IMG/VR virus record: IMGVR_UViG_3300017963_000190
Span: 1-64,000 of that record
Reading direction: 5' to 3' (one strand)
DNA: 64,000 nt
A program made the position numbers and the translations under genes. The notes beneath the pieces are model-generated. The model saw nothing but the letters and a program-made list of their open reading frames with translations, was not told the origin of the DNA and did not search any database. Of this stretch, positions 9,786-19,571 are shown one piece after another (the first letter of the stretch is position 1; each line of letters starts with the position of its first letter).

Positions 9786-10543
9786 TTGCGCCCCTCGTCG
9801 AGATGTCTACGATCAGTGTCCACCGAGCCCATGAAATAGCTGATCACAATGAACCACACCATAGCAAATATAGCGGTCCAGTGGTAGCCATCTTCTGGCT
9901 TAAACACGAACGGAATCCAGATACCTGGCAGAACTAGCAGCATCAGCACGGCACGAAGAATCCTGAACCTGCGTTGTAGTATACCCCGACGCTGCTTGCG
10001 TGACTCTATTTGAACCATGACTCCCAGCGATGTTTCCGGCTCTGTCTGTTCCTGCTCCACCAAACTCTCGGGTTTCTCCACCACGCGGAATTCTGATTCA
10101 TGTCTGTGCCACGTACGCTCTCGATCTGGTTTTTCGTCCACACTGCGCATAAGCACTAGATGGTCCCCAATGGCGGTAATCACGAAGCGTTCCCAATTAC
10201 CATCTTCGTAGTAGTCTTCGTGTTCAATAATAGTACCAACTGTGAGTCCGTGCTCATCAGCTGTCTGTCTTTGGGTTTTTATTGCCATGCTTTTGCTTTC
10301 CTTGTAACGTTGCGAGCAATCCATCTTGTGCCCACTACGTTGGCGGCACTCAGGGCATCTCGTGTGGCGTCCCTTCCAGTGATCTGGGAGCATATACTTT
10401 CTATAGTCCGGGCAGCCTTTAGTATTGCAGAAAAGACGCAGCTTGCTGTTTACCCACTGAGTAAACGGCTGCGCTTTGCAGTAGCGACATTTAACCGCAA
10501 ACGCATCCAAGTAGAGCTCTGGATCTTTCACACCACTAGACAC
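9782..10543 (-). CDS. Zn-finger membrane protein
   Basis: N-terminal CxxC motifs, two C-terminal TM helices. Confidence 0.65.
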   Translation of the reverse strand: MSSGVKDPELYLDAFAVKCRYCKAQPFTQWVNSKLRLFCNTKGCPDYRKYMLPDHWKGRHTRCPECRQRSGHKMDCSQRYKESKSMAIKTQRQTADEHGLTVGTIIEHEDYYEDGNWERFVITAIGDHLVLMRSVDEKPDRERTWHRHESEFRVVEKPESLVEQEQTEPETSLGVMVQIESRKQRRGILQRRFRILRAVLMLLVLPGIWIPFVFKPEDGYHWTAIFAMVWFIVISYFMGSVDTDRRHLDEGRK

Positions 10544-10726
10544 CTATTGCTCCTTCTTGATCCTCTTGTATGCTTTATAGCGAGCGTGGGTCATGTTCCC
10601 ACATTCCGGAAGCAGGTCCACCGACAGCTTCTTCAAGTAGCTTTTCATGGCAGGAGACCACCTACTGACCTCCGCTTCCATGCGCTCGATGCGGCGCCAG
10701 ATGTTACCGTTCTTTTGTTTGGGCAT
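10544..10726 (-). CDS. hypothetical protein
   Basis: 60 aa ORF. Confidence 0.6.
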   Translation of the reverse strand: MPKQKNGNIWRRIERMEAEVSRWSPAMKSYLKKLSVDLLPECGNMTHARYKAYKRIKKEQ

Positions 10727-11024
10727 CTTGTGCCTCTGAGAAAAAGCTGTGCAGCCCCGCTCGCTGCTTTTCTATCTCTTGGGCCTTAGCCACCGCTTCC
10801 GGAAAGAGCTCCCGATAATAATTGCGTTCCGTCTGCACCGCCAGAATATCATCGCCCGAGATGACTAGCTCATCTACGGCTAGATTCGCAGCCGCCACGG
10901 CATTGACTGCGACAAATCCCGCTTTGGGTCTAAGACTCAGTCTCTGGTGGTGCATCTCCAACGCAACCGCGGCGCCGTATGTCGCGATCCAAACAGCTTT
11001 TTCGTTTTCCGTTAGCTTCCGCAT
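10704..11024 (-). CDS. hypothetical protein
   Basis: GAGGA RBS. Confidence 0.7.
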   Translation of the reverse strand: MRKLTENEKAVWIATYGAAVALEMHHQRLSLRPKAGFVAVNAVAAANLAVDELVISGDDILAVQTERNYYRELFPEAVAKAQEIEKQRAGLHSFFSEAQDAQTKER

Positions 11025-11470
11025 TTCTTCCTCTTATCGTCCAGGGACTTGATCCCGATGATGGTCAGGGCCGCAATGCCTACCAGACCCTCCCGGTAAC
11101 CGCGGTTAAATTTGTAGACAAGGTCTGCCACGCGAATGCTGAGCTCTGTGTACCAATCAGGCTCATCCGCGCTCCACCTCTCTTTGTTGTCCTCGACGAT
11201 TTTGATATATGCTTTGACTACATCTCGCCAAATAGGCTCCAGCATCCTTTTTTGATTGACCAGCTGTTGTACAAGTTCGTGAGACTTCCGCGCCTTTCGT
11301 ACCGCATCGACACCCGTCTCAGCCTCCGTAAAAATGTACCAGGATTTATGTTGGCCACAGCTAGTGCAGACATGATCTGTCTCGCGCCTGCGGAACTGCT
11401 GCTCATCGATTTCCTCTGTAGAGATGCCCTCGTCAGGCTTTTTTGTCACATGTACGCGCCAGTATTTCAT
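11012..11470 (-). CDS. hypothetical protein
   Basis: 152 aa ORF. Confidence 0.7.
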   Translation of the reverse strand: MKYWRVHVTKKPDEGISTEEIDEQQFRRRETDHVCTSCGQHKSWYIFTEAETGVDAVRKARKSHELVQQLVNQKRMLEPIWRDVVKAYIKIVEDNKERWSADEPDWYTELSIRVADLVYKFNRGYREGLVGIAALTIIGIKSLDDKRKKCGS

Positions 11471-11483
11471 TTATCACACCCAA

Positions 11484-11642
11484 CTACTCCATCGGATTTT
11501 CGTCGTCATCGTCGTCCAGCACCCATTCCAAAGCTGCTTGTACACCCTGCTCGTAGGTCATGCCATGAAACTTTGAGCGGCCCTCGTCGGTGTAGGGGTA
11601 GGTTTTTTCGAGCTCTTCCTGAATCTCTTTTTGGGATTTCAT
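11484..11642 (-). CDS. small hypothetical protein (not in ORF track)
   Basis: 52 aa MKSQKEIQEE..GMTYEQGVQAALEWVL; AAGGAG RBS; fills gap. Confidence 0.75.
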   Translation of the reverse strand: MKSQKEIQEELEKTYPYTDEGRSKFHGMTYEQGVQAALEWVLDDDDDENPME

Positions 11643-11644
11643 GA

Positions 11645-11857
11645 CTACTCCTTCCCTTCACTTACGACTTCGTTGTCGCCATCGTTCCAGAAAAAGATGC
11701 TGGTTTCTTTATCCTCTCCATCCCACAATACCCACCACCAACGATCTTGCCCGCGCAACTCGCACCGGGTAATGGTGCCAATCTTCTTGGAGGAGGCTAG
11801 GGACCTCACGCGAAATCCCTTAAAATCGGTGGTGTCTGGATAGTCACGTAGTTTCAT
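11645..11857 (-). CDS. hypothetical protein (SH3-like barrel?)
   Basis: GFRVR..GTI..VLWDG pattern. Confidence 0.65.
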   Translation of the reverse strand: MKLRDYPDTTDFKGFRVRSLASSKKIGTITRCELRGQDRWWWVLWDGEDKETSIFFWNDGDNEVVSEGKE

Positions 11858-12231
11858 GCTTCCTCAATTTCCTCTTGCTGATCGAGCTCAATTTCTTTTT
11901 GCACGAATTTGGCAGCGGCGGCTAAAGCGGCAGCGTTCTCCGCAGTCATCTGCACCGCAAATTCACACACGTCGCAGATCAAGTAATAAACTTCTGGTGC
12001 CCATTCGTCAAGCTTGTTCAGCTGGCCGCCTTCGCAGTTTGGGCATTTTAGCCGCAGTGGCTTGCGCACGGTGTATCTGGCAAACCTTGGAAGACGGGCG
12101 CAAGAAGCGCACAGATGCCAGTCTCCTTTGGCGCCAATGGACCACACCGCATCGTTGAGGCACCCAAAATGCCCTGATGTTCCTGCCGCACGGTTGTTCA
12201 CCGGATCCCACTCACAACGTTCTCTAGGCAT
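11854..12231 (-). CDS. hypothetical Zn-finger protein
   Basis: start at MPRERC behind GAGGAGG; multiple CxxC. Confidence 0.7.
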   Translation of the reverse strand: MPRERCEWDPVNNRAAGTSGHFGCLNDAVWSIGAKGDWHLCASCARLPRFARYTVRKPLRLKCPNCEGGQLNKLDEWAPEVYYLICDVCEFAVQMTAENAAALAAAAKFVQKEIELDQQEEIEEA

Positions 12232-12598
12232 CTGTATCCTCCTCAAGCAACGCCTGCAGCATCTCACGCACGTGGGAGCGGAAACCATCCTCGTACGCGC
12301 TGAGCTGCTTTCGGATCTCCGTGCGCTTCCGTTTTGCCATGTGTAGCTCTTCCTCCAAACGGGGAATGTCGTTGTCCAGCTGCTCCAGCAGGGTGAACTT
12401 ATCGCGAACGATGTTGAGGGTTCTCAGTAGAAATGGAATCTTCTCTCCCAACTCTACGCGTAGCGTTGTGATCAACTCATCGAGCTCGGTTTGCAAACTC
12501 CGTAGCGACTCTGAAAGTGGTTCTGGCTCGTAATCCTTATTGCGCTCAAGAGTCACCATGGAATGCTTCGTTGGTGTACTATGCAAAGGTGTTCCCAT
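12224..12598 (-). CDS. coiled-coil hypothetical protein
   Basis: heptad-rich. Confidence 0.7.
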   Translation of the reverse strand: MGTPLHSTPTKHSMVTLERNKDYEPEPLSESLRSLQTELDELITTLRVELGEKIPFLLRTLNIVRDKFTLLEQLDNDIPRLEEELHMAKRKRTEIRKQLSAYEDGFRSHVREMLQALLEEDTDA

Positions 12599-12602
12599 TT
12601 CC

Positions 12603-13184
12603 TTACTCCCCGTTCGTATTCCCGTAGGCGTTGGCTATGTCCCGGTATCGTTTTTCTTCTGTGCGATCGTAAAGCTCGGTGGCGATCGTAACGATTTTTG
12701 GTTTGATCTCCTCCGCCTCTTTAGCAATAGGCCCAGAGAAATTGTCTTGCTCAGGGCCAGGACTAAGCAGCTTGAGCTGACCTTCTAGCTTCTCCATATT
12801 CTCGTGTAAATCTTCAACAGACATACTACGGACGAAAGTTATGGTAAGCCTAGCCGTCGCGCCTGCGTTAAAGATCCTCTCTAAGCCTGCTTTCTTGATT
12901 GCCAGAAGCACCTCAAGGTCAGCCACGGTCAACTCGGTGGCGTCTGTCGAGGAGGCTGCATCTACTCGACGCTTCACGCATTTGAGGCATAAATCGCGCA
13001 TCCAGGCGACGCCTCTTTCATCGTAGCATCTGTCTACACACAGCCAATTGGCTCCGGTCAACACAGCAGCATGCTTTTCCTGCACATTACTACTAGCAAG
13101 TGGATCTTGATGAAAGGCTTCTTCCGAATATAAAGTGTCGCCACAATCATCGCAGGTGAAACAGATCACTTTTTTCCTACTCAT
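12603..13184 (-). CDS. hypothetical Zn-finger protein
   Basis: CDDCG..DLCLKC. Confidence 0.7.
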   Translation of the reverse strand: MSRKKVICFTCDDCGDTLYSEEAFHQDPLASSNVQEKHAAVLTGANWLCVDRCYDERGVAWMRDLCLKCVKRRVDAASSTDATELTVADLEVLLAIKKAGLERIFNAGATARLTITFVRSMSVEDLHENMEKLEGQLKLLSPGPEQDNFSGPIAKEAEEIKPKIVTIATELYDRTEEKRYRDIANAYGNTNGE

Positions 13185-13197
13185 AGGTGTATTTCCC

Positions 13198-13866
13198 TTA
13201 CAGCATGTCGTCTTCGATGATCAACTGCGCCAGGTATTTTTCTTTTTCGCCAGTGCGCAGACCCAAAGCGCAAACGATTTTGTTGATGGAGTTTCTCAAA
13301 GCAATACGCTGACGCTCGGTAGAGGGATCGGAGGCGTCGTGACGCTCCAGCAGCAAACGCATTTGCGTCTTTCGATCCTCTAAGGCATACTCAAGCTCAT
13401 GGTTGCCCAGCAGCTTGGTGTCCAAGTCGGGCCATTCTCCAGAGTTCTCAACCTTCTGGAGCTCTTCCACCTCTCGTCCGTAATCCTCCAGCTCTTCCTC
13501 TAACTCCTCGATTTCACTGTCTCTTTGGATCAGCGCACGCAGTAGGGTTTTTATAATGCTGCCGCGGATTGGCACGTGCAGCTGACGTAGAATTCCCTCA
13601 GCTTCGCGTAGATCACGTTTCAACGAGCTCACGGTGTACGAACCCTCGATGATTTGCCATGGACTAGCGCCCTCTGGTATCTTGCCCGCCTTCACCGCAT
13701 CGTGCCTTTCCAAGGTGGTGTCTACCATGGCACAGTCATAGAGTTCGTAAGCCGCACTAACTTTTTCGATGGCAGTACCCAGTTCCTCGAAAGAACATTT
13801 GAGCAAACAGTCAACAGCTGAGGCCAGGCGCCCAGCACGTTGGAGTAATTCTTTGTCCGTTAGCAT
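13198..13866 (-). CDS. hypothetical protein
   Basis: 222 aa, GGAG RBS. Confidence 0.75.
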   Translation of the reverse strand: MLTDKELLQRAGRLASAVDCLLKCSFEELGTAIEKVSAAYELYDCAMVDTTLERHDAVKAGKIPEGASPWQIIEGSYTVSSLKRDLREAEGILRQLHVPIRGSIIKTLLRALIQRDSEIEELEEELEDYGREVEELQKVENSGEWPDLDTKLLGNHELEYALEDRKTQMRLLLERHDASDPSTERQRIALRNSINKIVCALGLRTGEKEKYLAQLIIEDDML

Positions 13867-13867
13867 T

Positions 13868-14170
13868 TTATTCTCCGTATCTATGGGCCCAGTATTTCCG
13901 GCAACCCAGCCGGCGTTTGTACATCATTTTCTCGTACCGGGCGATCTTAGGAATCGGACCGTCTATGGTAGCAAGTGCGGAGTAGATAAAAGCATTTCGA
14001 TCTTCTATGTGCTCTCGTAGCTTGACGCATTCTTCATTGGACATATCATCTGGCAAAATGGACCACAAGTAGGATATGGCTCTCCTGCAGGTTTCACACA
14101 CCTGCGCATCGTCAAACTCACCAGTGGCTTTTTCTTTTCGACAAGCTACGCACTTCATGGCAAACCTCAC
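13868..14170 (-). CDS. hypothetical Zn-finger protein
   Basis: CVAC..CETC; start uncertain. Confidence 0.65.
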   Translation of the reverse strand: MRFAMKCVACRKEKATGEFDDAQVCETCRRAISYLWSILPDDMSNEECVKLREHIEDRNAFIYSALATIDGPIPKIARYEKMMYKRRLGCRKYWAHRYGE

Positions 14171-14505
14171 ACCAGAATAGAGTCCACCAATCCCTTCATC
14201 TTGATGGTAGCGTCGTTTAAGCGCTTGAGCTGCTCTGGGGACAACTCCTTATCCTCAAACGGACCACCTACCAGCTGCTGCCACAGATACCAAACCAAAA
14301 TGGATTTTTCGATCTGGTCCGCTAGGTCGTTGTGCGTCCGGCAGATGCGTTTCAAATCCAAGGTACCTGCCCCTTCCTTCTCAGCTTGGACTAGCGCTTC
14401 GCGTAGGGCCTGCAGCCTGCGTAGGTCCCCAGTCAAGCGCGTTATGTGGCGAGAGGCCAACTTGTCCGGATCGACCAGGATATCGAAAATGTGTTTGTCG
14501 AGCAT
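14167..14505 (-). CDS. hypothetical protein
   Basis: 112 aa ORF. Confidence 0.65.
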   Translation of the reverse strand: MLDKHIFDILVDPDKLASRHITRLTGDLRRLQALREALVQAEKEGAGTLDLKRICRTHNDLADQIEKSILVWYLWQQLVGGPFEDKELSPEQLKRLNDATIKMKGLVDSILV

Positions 14506-14520
14506 CGTTCTTCTAAGCCC

Positions 14521-14682
14521 CTATTTCTTGCCACTCTGTACTAGATAATGCATCGCTACAGCGAAGAGCTCGGAGAGATTCACCATTTTTGTGGCGTTGT
14601 TATCCTCCAGGTAGCGCAGAACGTCTTTGTCATATTCAAACGTTTCGGCTGGATTCTTCATGGCTTTTTTGGCTTTCGGCAT
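14521..14682 (-). CDS. small hypothetical protein (not in ORF track)
   Basis: 53 aa MPKAKKAMKNP..; GGAGG RBS. Confidence 0.65.
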   Translation of the reverse strand: MPKAKKAMKNPAETFEYDKDVLRYLEDNNATKMVNLSELFAVAMHYLVQSGKK

Positions 14683-14684
14683 TT

Positions 14685-14837
14685 CTAAAGTCCTCCCATT
14701 TGATTATCGGGGTAGTAAGGTGACAGCGCATATACCGCACAAGAGGTAGCTATTCCTAACCATGCGCTCCCTGTGTAGATACCCACACCGACTCCCGACA
14801 TAACGACCGGGACCAGCATAATGATCGCATGTGCCAT
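14685..14837 (-). CDS. small membrane protein
   Basis: MAHAIIMLV..; GAGGAGG RBS. Confidence 0.65.
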   Translation of the reverse strand: MAHAIIMLVPVVMSGVGVGIYTGSAWLGIATSCAVYALSPYYPDNQMGGL

Positions 14838-14839
14838 TT

Positions 14840-15844
14840 TTAATCCTCCTCGTGCGCAGTCATATAAATGAATTGCTGCGATCTGCAGCAACCCTCACAG
14901 TAGCCCCACACAAAAGGTCCGTGGCGCTCTGAGCGGCTGTACTTAATGTTGGCGCACCCGATACACTGGTAAGTGTAGGTGAAATCTGGGTTTTGTGGCA
15001 AAGGCTTGTGATGGGTTTCCACAAGCTCCTCGTCGTCGCAGCGCTCGCAATGAAGCAGCGTACCACCAGGTTTCAGCTCCTTCGCCGTTATTTGAGCAGA
15101 TTTACACTTGGAACACTCAGCGAGGTACACAAGGTTATTGGCGGTGCTCTCTTTCTTTTCCACGGGTTTAGGAGGCATGATTCCCAGCTCGGGGTTGAGC
15201 TCCCGGAACTTGTCCAGCAGTTGCTGCAGGTGCAAAGCTTTTCCTTCCAAGGTCCTCACCGAAGCTTCCGCGTGCTCTGCCGCCAGCTTCTTCTGGTTGG
15301 CTATCTCTTTTTGCTTTTTGATTTCCCCTTTGATCCGCTGCGCTTCTCCCTTGTACTCCCAGTAGAGCTCGCGGTAAGACTTCTCATCATCCCCCACCGG
15401 TGCAAGTACAGCATCCTCGGTCAAGGTAACTGGTACTCGACCATCTTCATTGGGCTTCCCAACTTCCGCTTCCACATCAACGCTTGGCTGAAAAGAAGTC
15501 AACCCTGTAGGCGGAGGCTCCGAAGACACGGTTCCTGTTCCAACAGGAGATCGGTAGTCCTCTTCCCAGGGGTCCTCTACTTCTTCCTCATTGCACTCGC
15601 GAAGGACGTCCACAAACGTTCCCACCTCTTGCTGCAGCTTTTCCGATTTCTCGATGAGGAACTTAAGCTTATTATTGGTCTGCGCCAGCAGGGTCAGCTT
15701 CCGCGAGAGAACCTGGAGGATCATGCTCCCGAAATCACCAGGACGCTCTTGATTAAATTCCACGATACCAGCAATGTCCAAGCCGCAGGATTCGCAATAG
15801 GCCAGCACGTTCTCAGGGACGGGCGTTTTATTGGTTTGCTGCAT
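14840..15844 (-). CDS. coiled-coil/Zn-ribbon protein (GLDx paralogue family)
   Basis: N-terminal CGLDI helix, four C-terminal CxxC. Confidence 0.75.
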   Translation of the reverse strand: MQQTNKTPVPENVLAYCESCGLDIAGIVEFNQERPGDFGSMILQVLSRKLTLLAQTNNKLKFLIEKSEKLQQEVGTFVDVLRECNEEEVEDPWEEDYRSPVGTGTVSSEPPPTGLTSFQPSVDVEAEVGKPNEDGRVPVTLTEDAVLAPVGDDEKSYRELYWEYKGEAQRIKGEIKKQKEIANQKKLAAEHAEASVRTLEGKALHLQQLLDKFRELNPELGIMPPKPVEKKESTANNLVYLAECSKCKSAQITAKELKPGGTLLHCERCDDEELVETHHKPLPQNPDFTYTYQCIGCANIKYSRSERHGPFVWGYCEGCCRSQQFIYMTAHEED

Positions 15845-15858
15845 ACTGGATACACCTT

Positions 15859-16203
15859 TTAATTCGAAGGGGGATCAGGATCATCGCTACTACCTGCGTC
15901 GTACATGTAGCAGGCACGCATGATTGCTTCCGTTTCTCTCGCGTCACTAAGAAAAGCCCTACACTTTTCCAGCTTAGCGGAGGTTTCCTCTGTAGCTTCT
16001 TTCTCTAGTTGGGCTTGGAGAGCTCGCTCCTCGTCTTCCGATTTCTTGATGAGTTCTTGCAGGAAGCGTAGCCGTTTGCCTAGCTGCTCCCTTAGCATTA
16101 AGGTGGCAGCATCAGGGTCGTGTTCTAGCTTATGAAGGAACTCCTGTAGATCGAGGCCGCACGCCACCACCATTCCAACAAGCTCTTTTGCGAAGACATC
16201 CAT
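15859..16203 (-). CDS. hypothetical protein (GLDx paralogue family)
   Basis: CGLDL N-terminus. Confidence 0.75.
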   Translation of the reverse strand: MDVFAKELVGMVVACGLDLQEFLHKLEHDPDAATLMLREQLGKRLRFLQELIKKSEDEERALQAQLEKEATEETSAKLEKCRAFLSDARETEAIMRACYMYDAGSSDDPDPPSN

Positions 16204-16217
16204 TTAGAAAATCCTTT

Positions 16218-17483
16218 TCATTTAACGTGCACAATAATAGGCCCGTACACTACTAGATCCCCATTCTCTGCGCCGCCCTCACGCACTATGGATTCCGTAG
16301 CGCCAGCTAACAACTCAGTTTTGTTGTCCACGACTCGCATTCCCACCCATACTTCAGACGGAAGAGCGCCCGATCGGTAAGAGTGCACTTCCTTTTCAAG
16401 TGTATCGTGCGCTTTTACAGCCGCTTTTACCGCGGTGTTCAGACGCCACTCTAGAGGAGAGTTGGGATCTTTTGGCTCCCATTTGTGTAACACAGGTATC
16501 ATATCGCCGATGAGGTCTAATAGAGCTACTGACCGATCTTCCGTGGCCGACCGTTGTTCCTGTGCAATGCGTAGGCTCCGTTTAAGACACCTATTCTTTT
16601 CCTGAAGAGCACGTATCTCTGCTTTTTGCTTTACCAGTTTTTTGGCTGCAGACTCCTTGTCGCCAAAGACCAAGTCGCTGGATTGTAGATGGAGAATCTT
16701 ATCCTTCACGTTTTTAGGAAGACTTCGGAAGTATTGGGCGCGAGGATTAAACACGGCGGCTAGATCGTAAAGCAGCGCCTCAGCAGCATCTCTATGCTCT
16801 TCCTCTCTCCGGAGGTCTTCCTCTAGCTCTTCTACGCATTTGGCTTCTTGAGGAGATAATGCAGCACGTTCGGTTTCGACTTCATCAAGAGTCTCTGCGA
16901 TCCACCATAGCTCATACTCTAAGCGCCGCTCAGCTACACCTACTCGTACACCCATTTTTGTTATACAACGCCCCAGCTCTTTTACCGCCTCTTGTCTATC
17001 CTCGGGCAACCCTGGAATATTGGTTGTTAGCCAGCCAAGCGGACCGACCACGTTGTAGGGGTCCTCCCAATCGGCCTCCTCATCCCAATCTGGATTGCAT
17101 TTGGGGCAACAGATGCTAAATGTGAACTCGTGCTCTTCTCCCCCCGTGTCCCAAGAAAAGGTGTTTTCGGGTACCGTACCACATTCTTTGCAGGGCACAA
17201 AGCGGCACAAAGCGCAAAGAGCTCTATATTCTGCGTACTCGTTTTCGTAGGAAAGCGCATCTTTATCTAGCCCTTCTTGCCGCACCACCCCTATCTTGCG
17301 CAGGTGCTCTGCCAAAGTAGCCTGCTCCTTTTGAATGGATTCGGCCGCTTTAGACAACGAGCTAAGGTTATCCAGTAAGCGTTCGCTAAGCTCTTCCTGG
17401 CTTAAACCAGCTACGTCTTTCGTGAAGAAGGTTCGGAGCTGCACGTTGCGCAAACTACGAAGTCGGATATTACGGTCTCCCAT
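16218..17483 (-). CDS. coiled-coil/Zn-finger protein
   Basis: 421 aa. Confidence 0.75.
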   Translation of the reverse strand: MGDRNIRLRSLRNVQLRTFFTKDVAGLSQEELSERLLDNLSSLSKAAESIQKEQATLAEHLRKIGVVRQEGLDKDALSYENEYAEYRALCALCRFVPCKECGTVPENTFSWDTGGEEHEFTFSICCPKCNPDWDEEADWEDPYNVVGPLGWLTTNIPGLPEDRQEAVKELGRCITKMGVRVGVAERRLEYELWWIAETLDEVETERAALSPQEAKCVEELEEDLRREEEHRDAAEALLYDLAAVFNPRAQYFRSLPKNVKDKILHLQSSDLVFGDKESAAKKLVKQKAEIRALQEKNRCLKRSLRIAQEQRSATEDRSVALLDLIGDMIPVLHKWEPKDPNSPLEWRLNTAVKAAVKAHDTLEKEVHSYRSGALPSEVWVGMRVVDNKTELLAGATESIVREGGAENGDLVVYGPIIVHVK

Positions 17484-17496
17484 CTAAAAATCCTTT

Positions 17497-18228
17497 TCAT
17501 TTTGGCGCAAGAGAAAAACGAGACCCTTCCACAGGGAGATGGAGAGTACCCACACCTTCAAGGTTACAGCTCACACACGTAGCGTAGATACCCTTAGAGG
17601 TATTGTGCGAAGCAGCTACGGTAGAACCACACCCTACACAGCGGTAGACAAAGAGATGGTCCTTATCCACAGGGATAAAGGAATGGACACACGTGTTCTC
17701 ACATTGTCTACACTTCCACCCAGTCACCCGACCGATCAGACGTTCTCTATCCTCGGCATCCATAAGGATGTTGGACGTTACGCCACCACATTCCTCACAC
17801 ATGAGGACGTCCACTAGCCTAGGTGCCTCCTCTTCGTCATCGTCCTCTTCATCTTCACCATCTATTAGCCGCTCTCTATTCTCTAGCTCCCTCTCCTCCT
17901 CAGCATTGAGATCGATGCCCCACTCACATAAGAGTTGTTTGTCCCTACTGGTGATGTGGGTACGCTGGCACCCTTGATGACAGTCCTTGAGGATCTGTAA
18001 GAAGCAGTTGAGGTCCTCTCGGCTTTTATCCAGAGCTTTTTTCCTGTGCTCCAAATCCTCTTCTCGGTATTTGATACTCTCCATTTCTGAGGAAATCATT
18101 TTCAGAAGGTAGAGGAGTAGATACTCAGGAGCTCGGTAGGTGGACTCGGTGAAACTGCGAAGGTCTAGCCCCGAGGCTTTTACCGCGTCGAGTATTTCGT
18201 CTGATATTTTATCTGATGGTCGCGTCAT
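17497..18228 (-). CDS. Zn-ribbon protein (GLDx paralogue family)
   Basis: SGLDL N-terminus, four CxxC. Confidence 0.75.
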   Translation of the reverse strand: MTRPSDKISDEILDAVKASGLDLRSFTESTYRAPEYLLLYLLKMISSEMESIKYREEDLEHRKKALDKSREDLNCFLQILKDCHQGCQRTHITSRDKQLLCEWGIDLNAEEERELENRERLIDGEDEEDDDEEEAPRLVDVLMCEECGGVTSNILMDAEDRERLIGRVTGWKCRQCENTCVHSFIPVDKDHLFVYRCVGCGSTVAASHNTSKGIYATCVSCNLEGVGTLHLPVEGSRFSLAPK

Positions 18229-18231
18229 TAT

Positions 18232-18693
18232 TTACCGAGCCTCCTTTACCCTGGCTGGCTTCCAATTAAACCACAGGTCCGTGATGAGCTCAGGTTGCCG
18301 TACCCAATCGTCTAGTAGCTCTAAGGGGAACCTGAGGTGACCAAGCGTCCTGACGTAGGGTATCTGCCTGGCATTGACCTTCCGCCTGATGGTCTTCTCT
18401 GAGACCCCGAATTTCTCGGCTACCTGCCCGATGGTGACGTAGCGATAGCGGTACTTGGCTCTTGTTGGCATCCCTAGTAGATGGAGGACCTCGTTGAGAT
18501 GATCCGTTAGTCGGTCCCGTTGGGAGACCAGGTCATCTATTTGGTTCTCTAGCTTGTCCTCTTCTTCCTGTAATATGCGAGCGCATAATGCTAGACCTCT
18601 CGTGGACCTTTGCTGTAGCTGTTGCTGGAGGATGTTCGTCCTAATCCCCAGCTTGTCTAATACGTCCAAGGTCTCTTTTGAGAGAAGCATCAC
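18232..18693 (-). CDS. excisionase/MerR-type HTH DNA-binding protein
   Basis: TIGQVAEKFGVSEKTIRR..IPYVR..LRF. Confidence 0.8.
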   Translation of the reverse strand: MMLLSKETLDVLDKLGIRTNILQQQLQQRSTRGLALCARILQEEEDKLENQIDDLVSQRDRLTDHLNEVLHLLGMPTRAKYRYRYVTIGQVAEKFGVSEKTIRRKVNARQIPYVRTLGHLRFPLELLDDWVRQPELITDLWFNWKPARVKEAR

Positions 18694-18765
18694 TTGCCGA
18701 CTCCTTGCTGCGTCTCGAATAATTCTTTGGTCAGCCCATCGAGTAATTGGGTTTCATTGTGGCTA

Positions 18766-18794
18766 ATATTAAGCGGCCTGTATGACGATGTCAA
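18766..18794 (-). promoter_or_regulatory. sigma70-type promoter heading the 18.7-kb operon
   Basis: TTGACA-N17-TAATAT. Confidence 0.7.
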
Positions 18795-19243
18795 GCACAC
18801 ATAGAAAATACTTCCACGCCGCGCTGCTGAACGTCGCTTATTGGTCCCGTGAATTTCTGGAGTCTGTACTCCTGGTGATCTGCACCTGGGATAGTGCCTG
18901 GTTAATTGAATCGATGTAATGTCGCTGGAAGTATTTTACAAGATTAGGTGTGGATTCACTACAACTGATTTTTGCTTTCTTGGTGAGTGAAGTGGTGAAG
19001 GGATTACGTGTGATGTTGTCGTATATGGTGTGAGTCCCGCTGAAGTTGTGCCTCAGAAACCCGGTTCCGCTCTATACAAAATCGGCTTTTTGCGCAGGAA
19101 TGATGTGGGCTGCTGGAGCTCGAACCCTTACAGCACGTAGGTGAACGGTCCACACAAAGCTGGAGTCGGGATGATGGATGAGATTACTTGGTCCTGAGGT
19201 GCCTTGGGTTCCACCGAAGCTCTGTCATTATGCCCCAGAGCCT

Positions 19244-19350
19244 GGATCCCCTATGGATCCCCAAAATAGGCCCTTTTTGGCCATATATAGCCCTTTTACC
19301 CCCTATATAGGGGATCCATAGCGTGTTTGGGGCCTATTTGGGGATCAGAT
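19244..19350. repeat. nested inverted repeats / GGATCC cluster
   Basis: GATCCCCAAAATAGGCCC ... GGGCCTATTTGGGGATC; palindrome CCCCTATATAGGGG at 19300-19313. Confidence 0.75.
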
Positions 19351-19491
19351 CCCCTTTTATACCCCTAAAAAGGTCGGTGTTTAAGTGTGAAAATGGTGCT
19401 ACACTGTGCATATGGATCCCCAATGGAGTAGATCCGTGTACCGATACTGCACCGTTTGTGCGCAAGATTCATTCCATTCACTGGATCCCAT

Positions 19492-19571
19492 GTGACAGCA
19501 ATGTTACAGATGAGTGAATTGTGCGTAACATGGTTGTCACACTTGTAACCTAAGCGTCACACTCCTGTCAC
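19492..19571. repeat. helically phased GTNAC array
   Basis: GTNAC at 19492, 19503, 19525, 19536, 19545, 19556, 19567 and GTGAA at 19514. Confidence 0.6.

Noticed and set aside
18232-18693. Excisionase marking a prophage boundary
   Set aside because: No integrase, att site or host genes are nearby, and phage-like genes continue on both sides.
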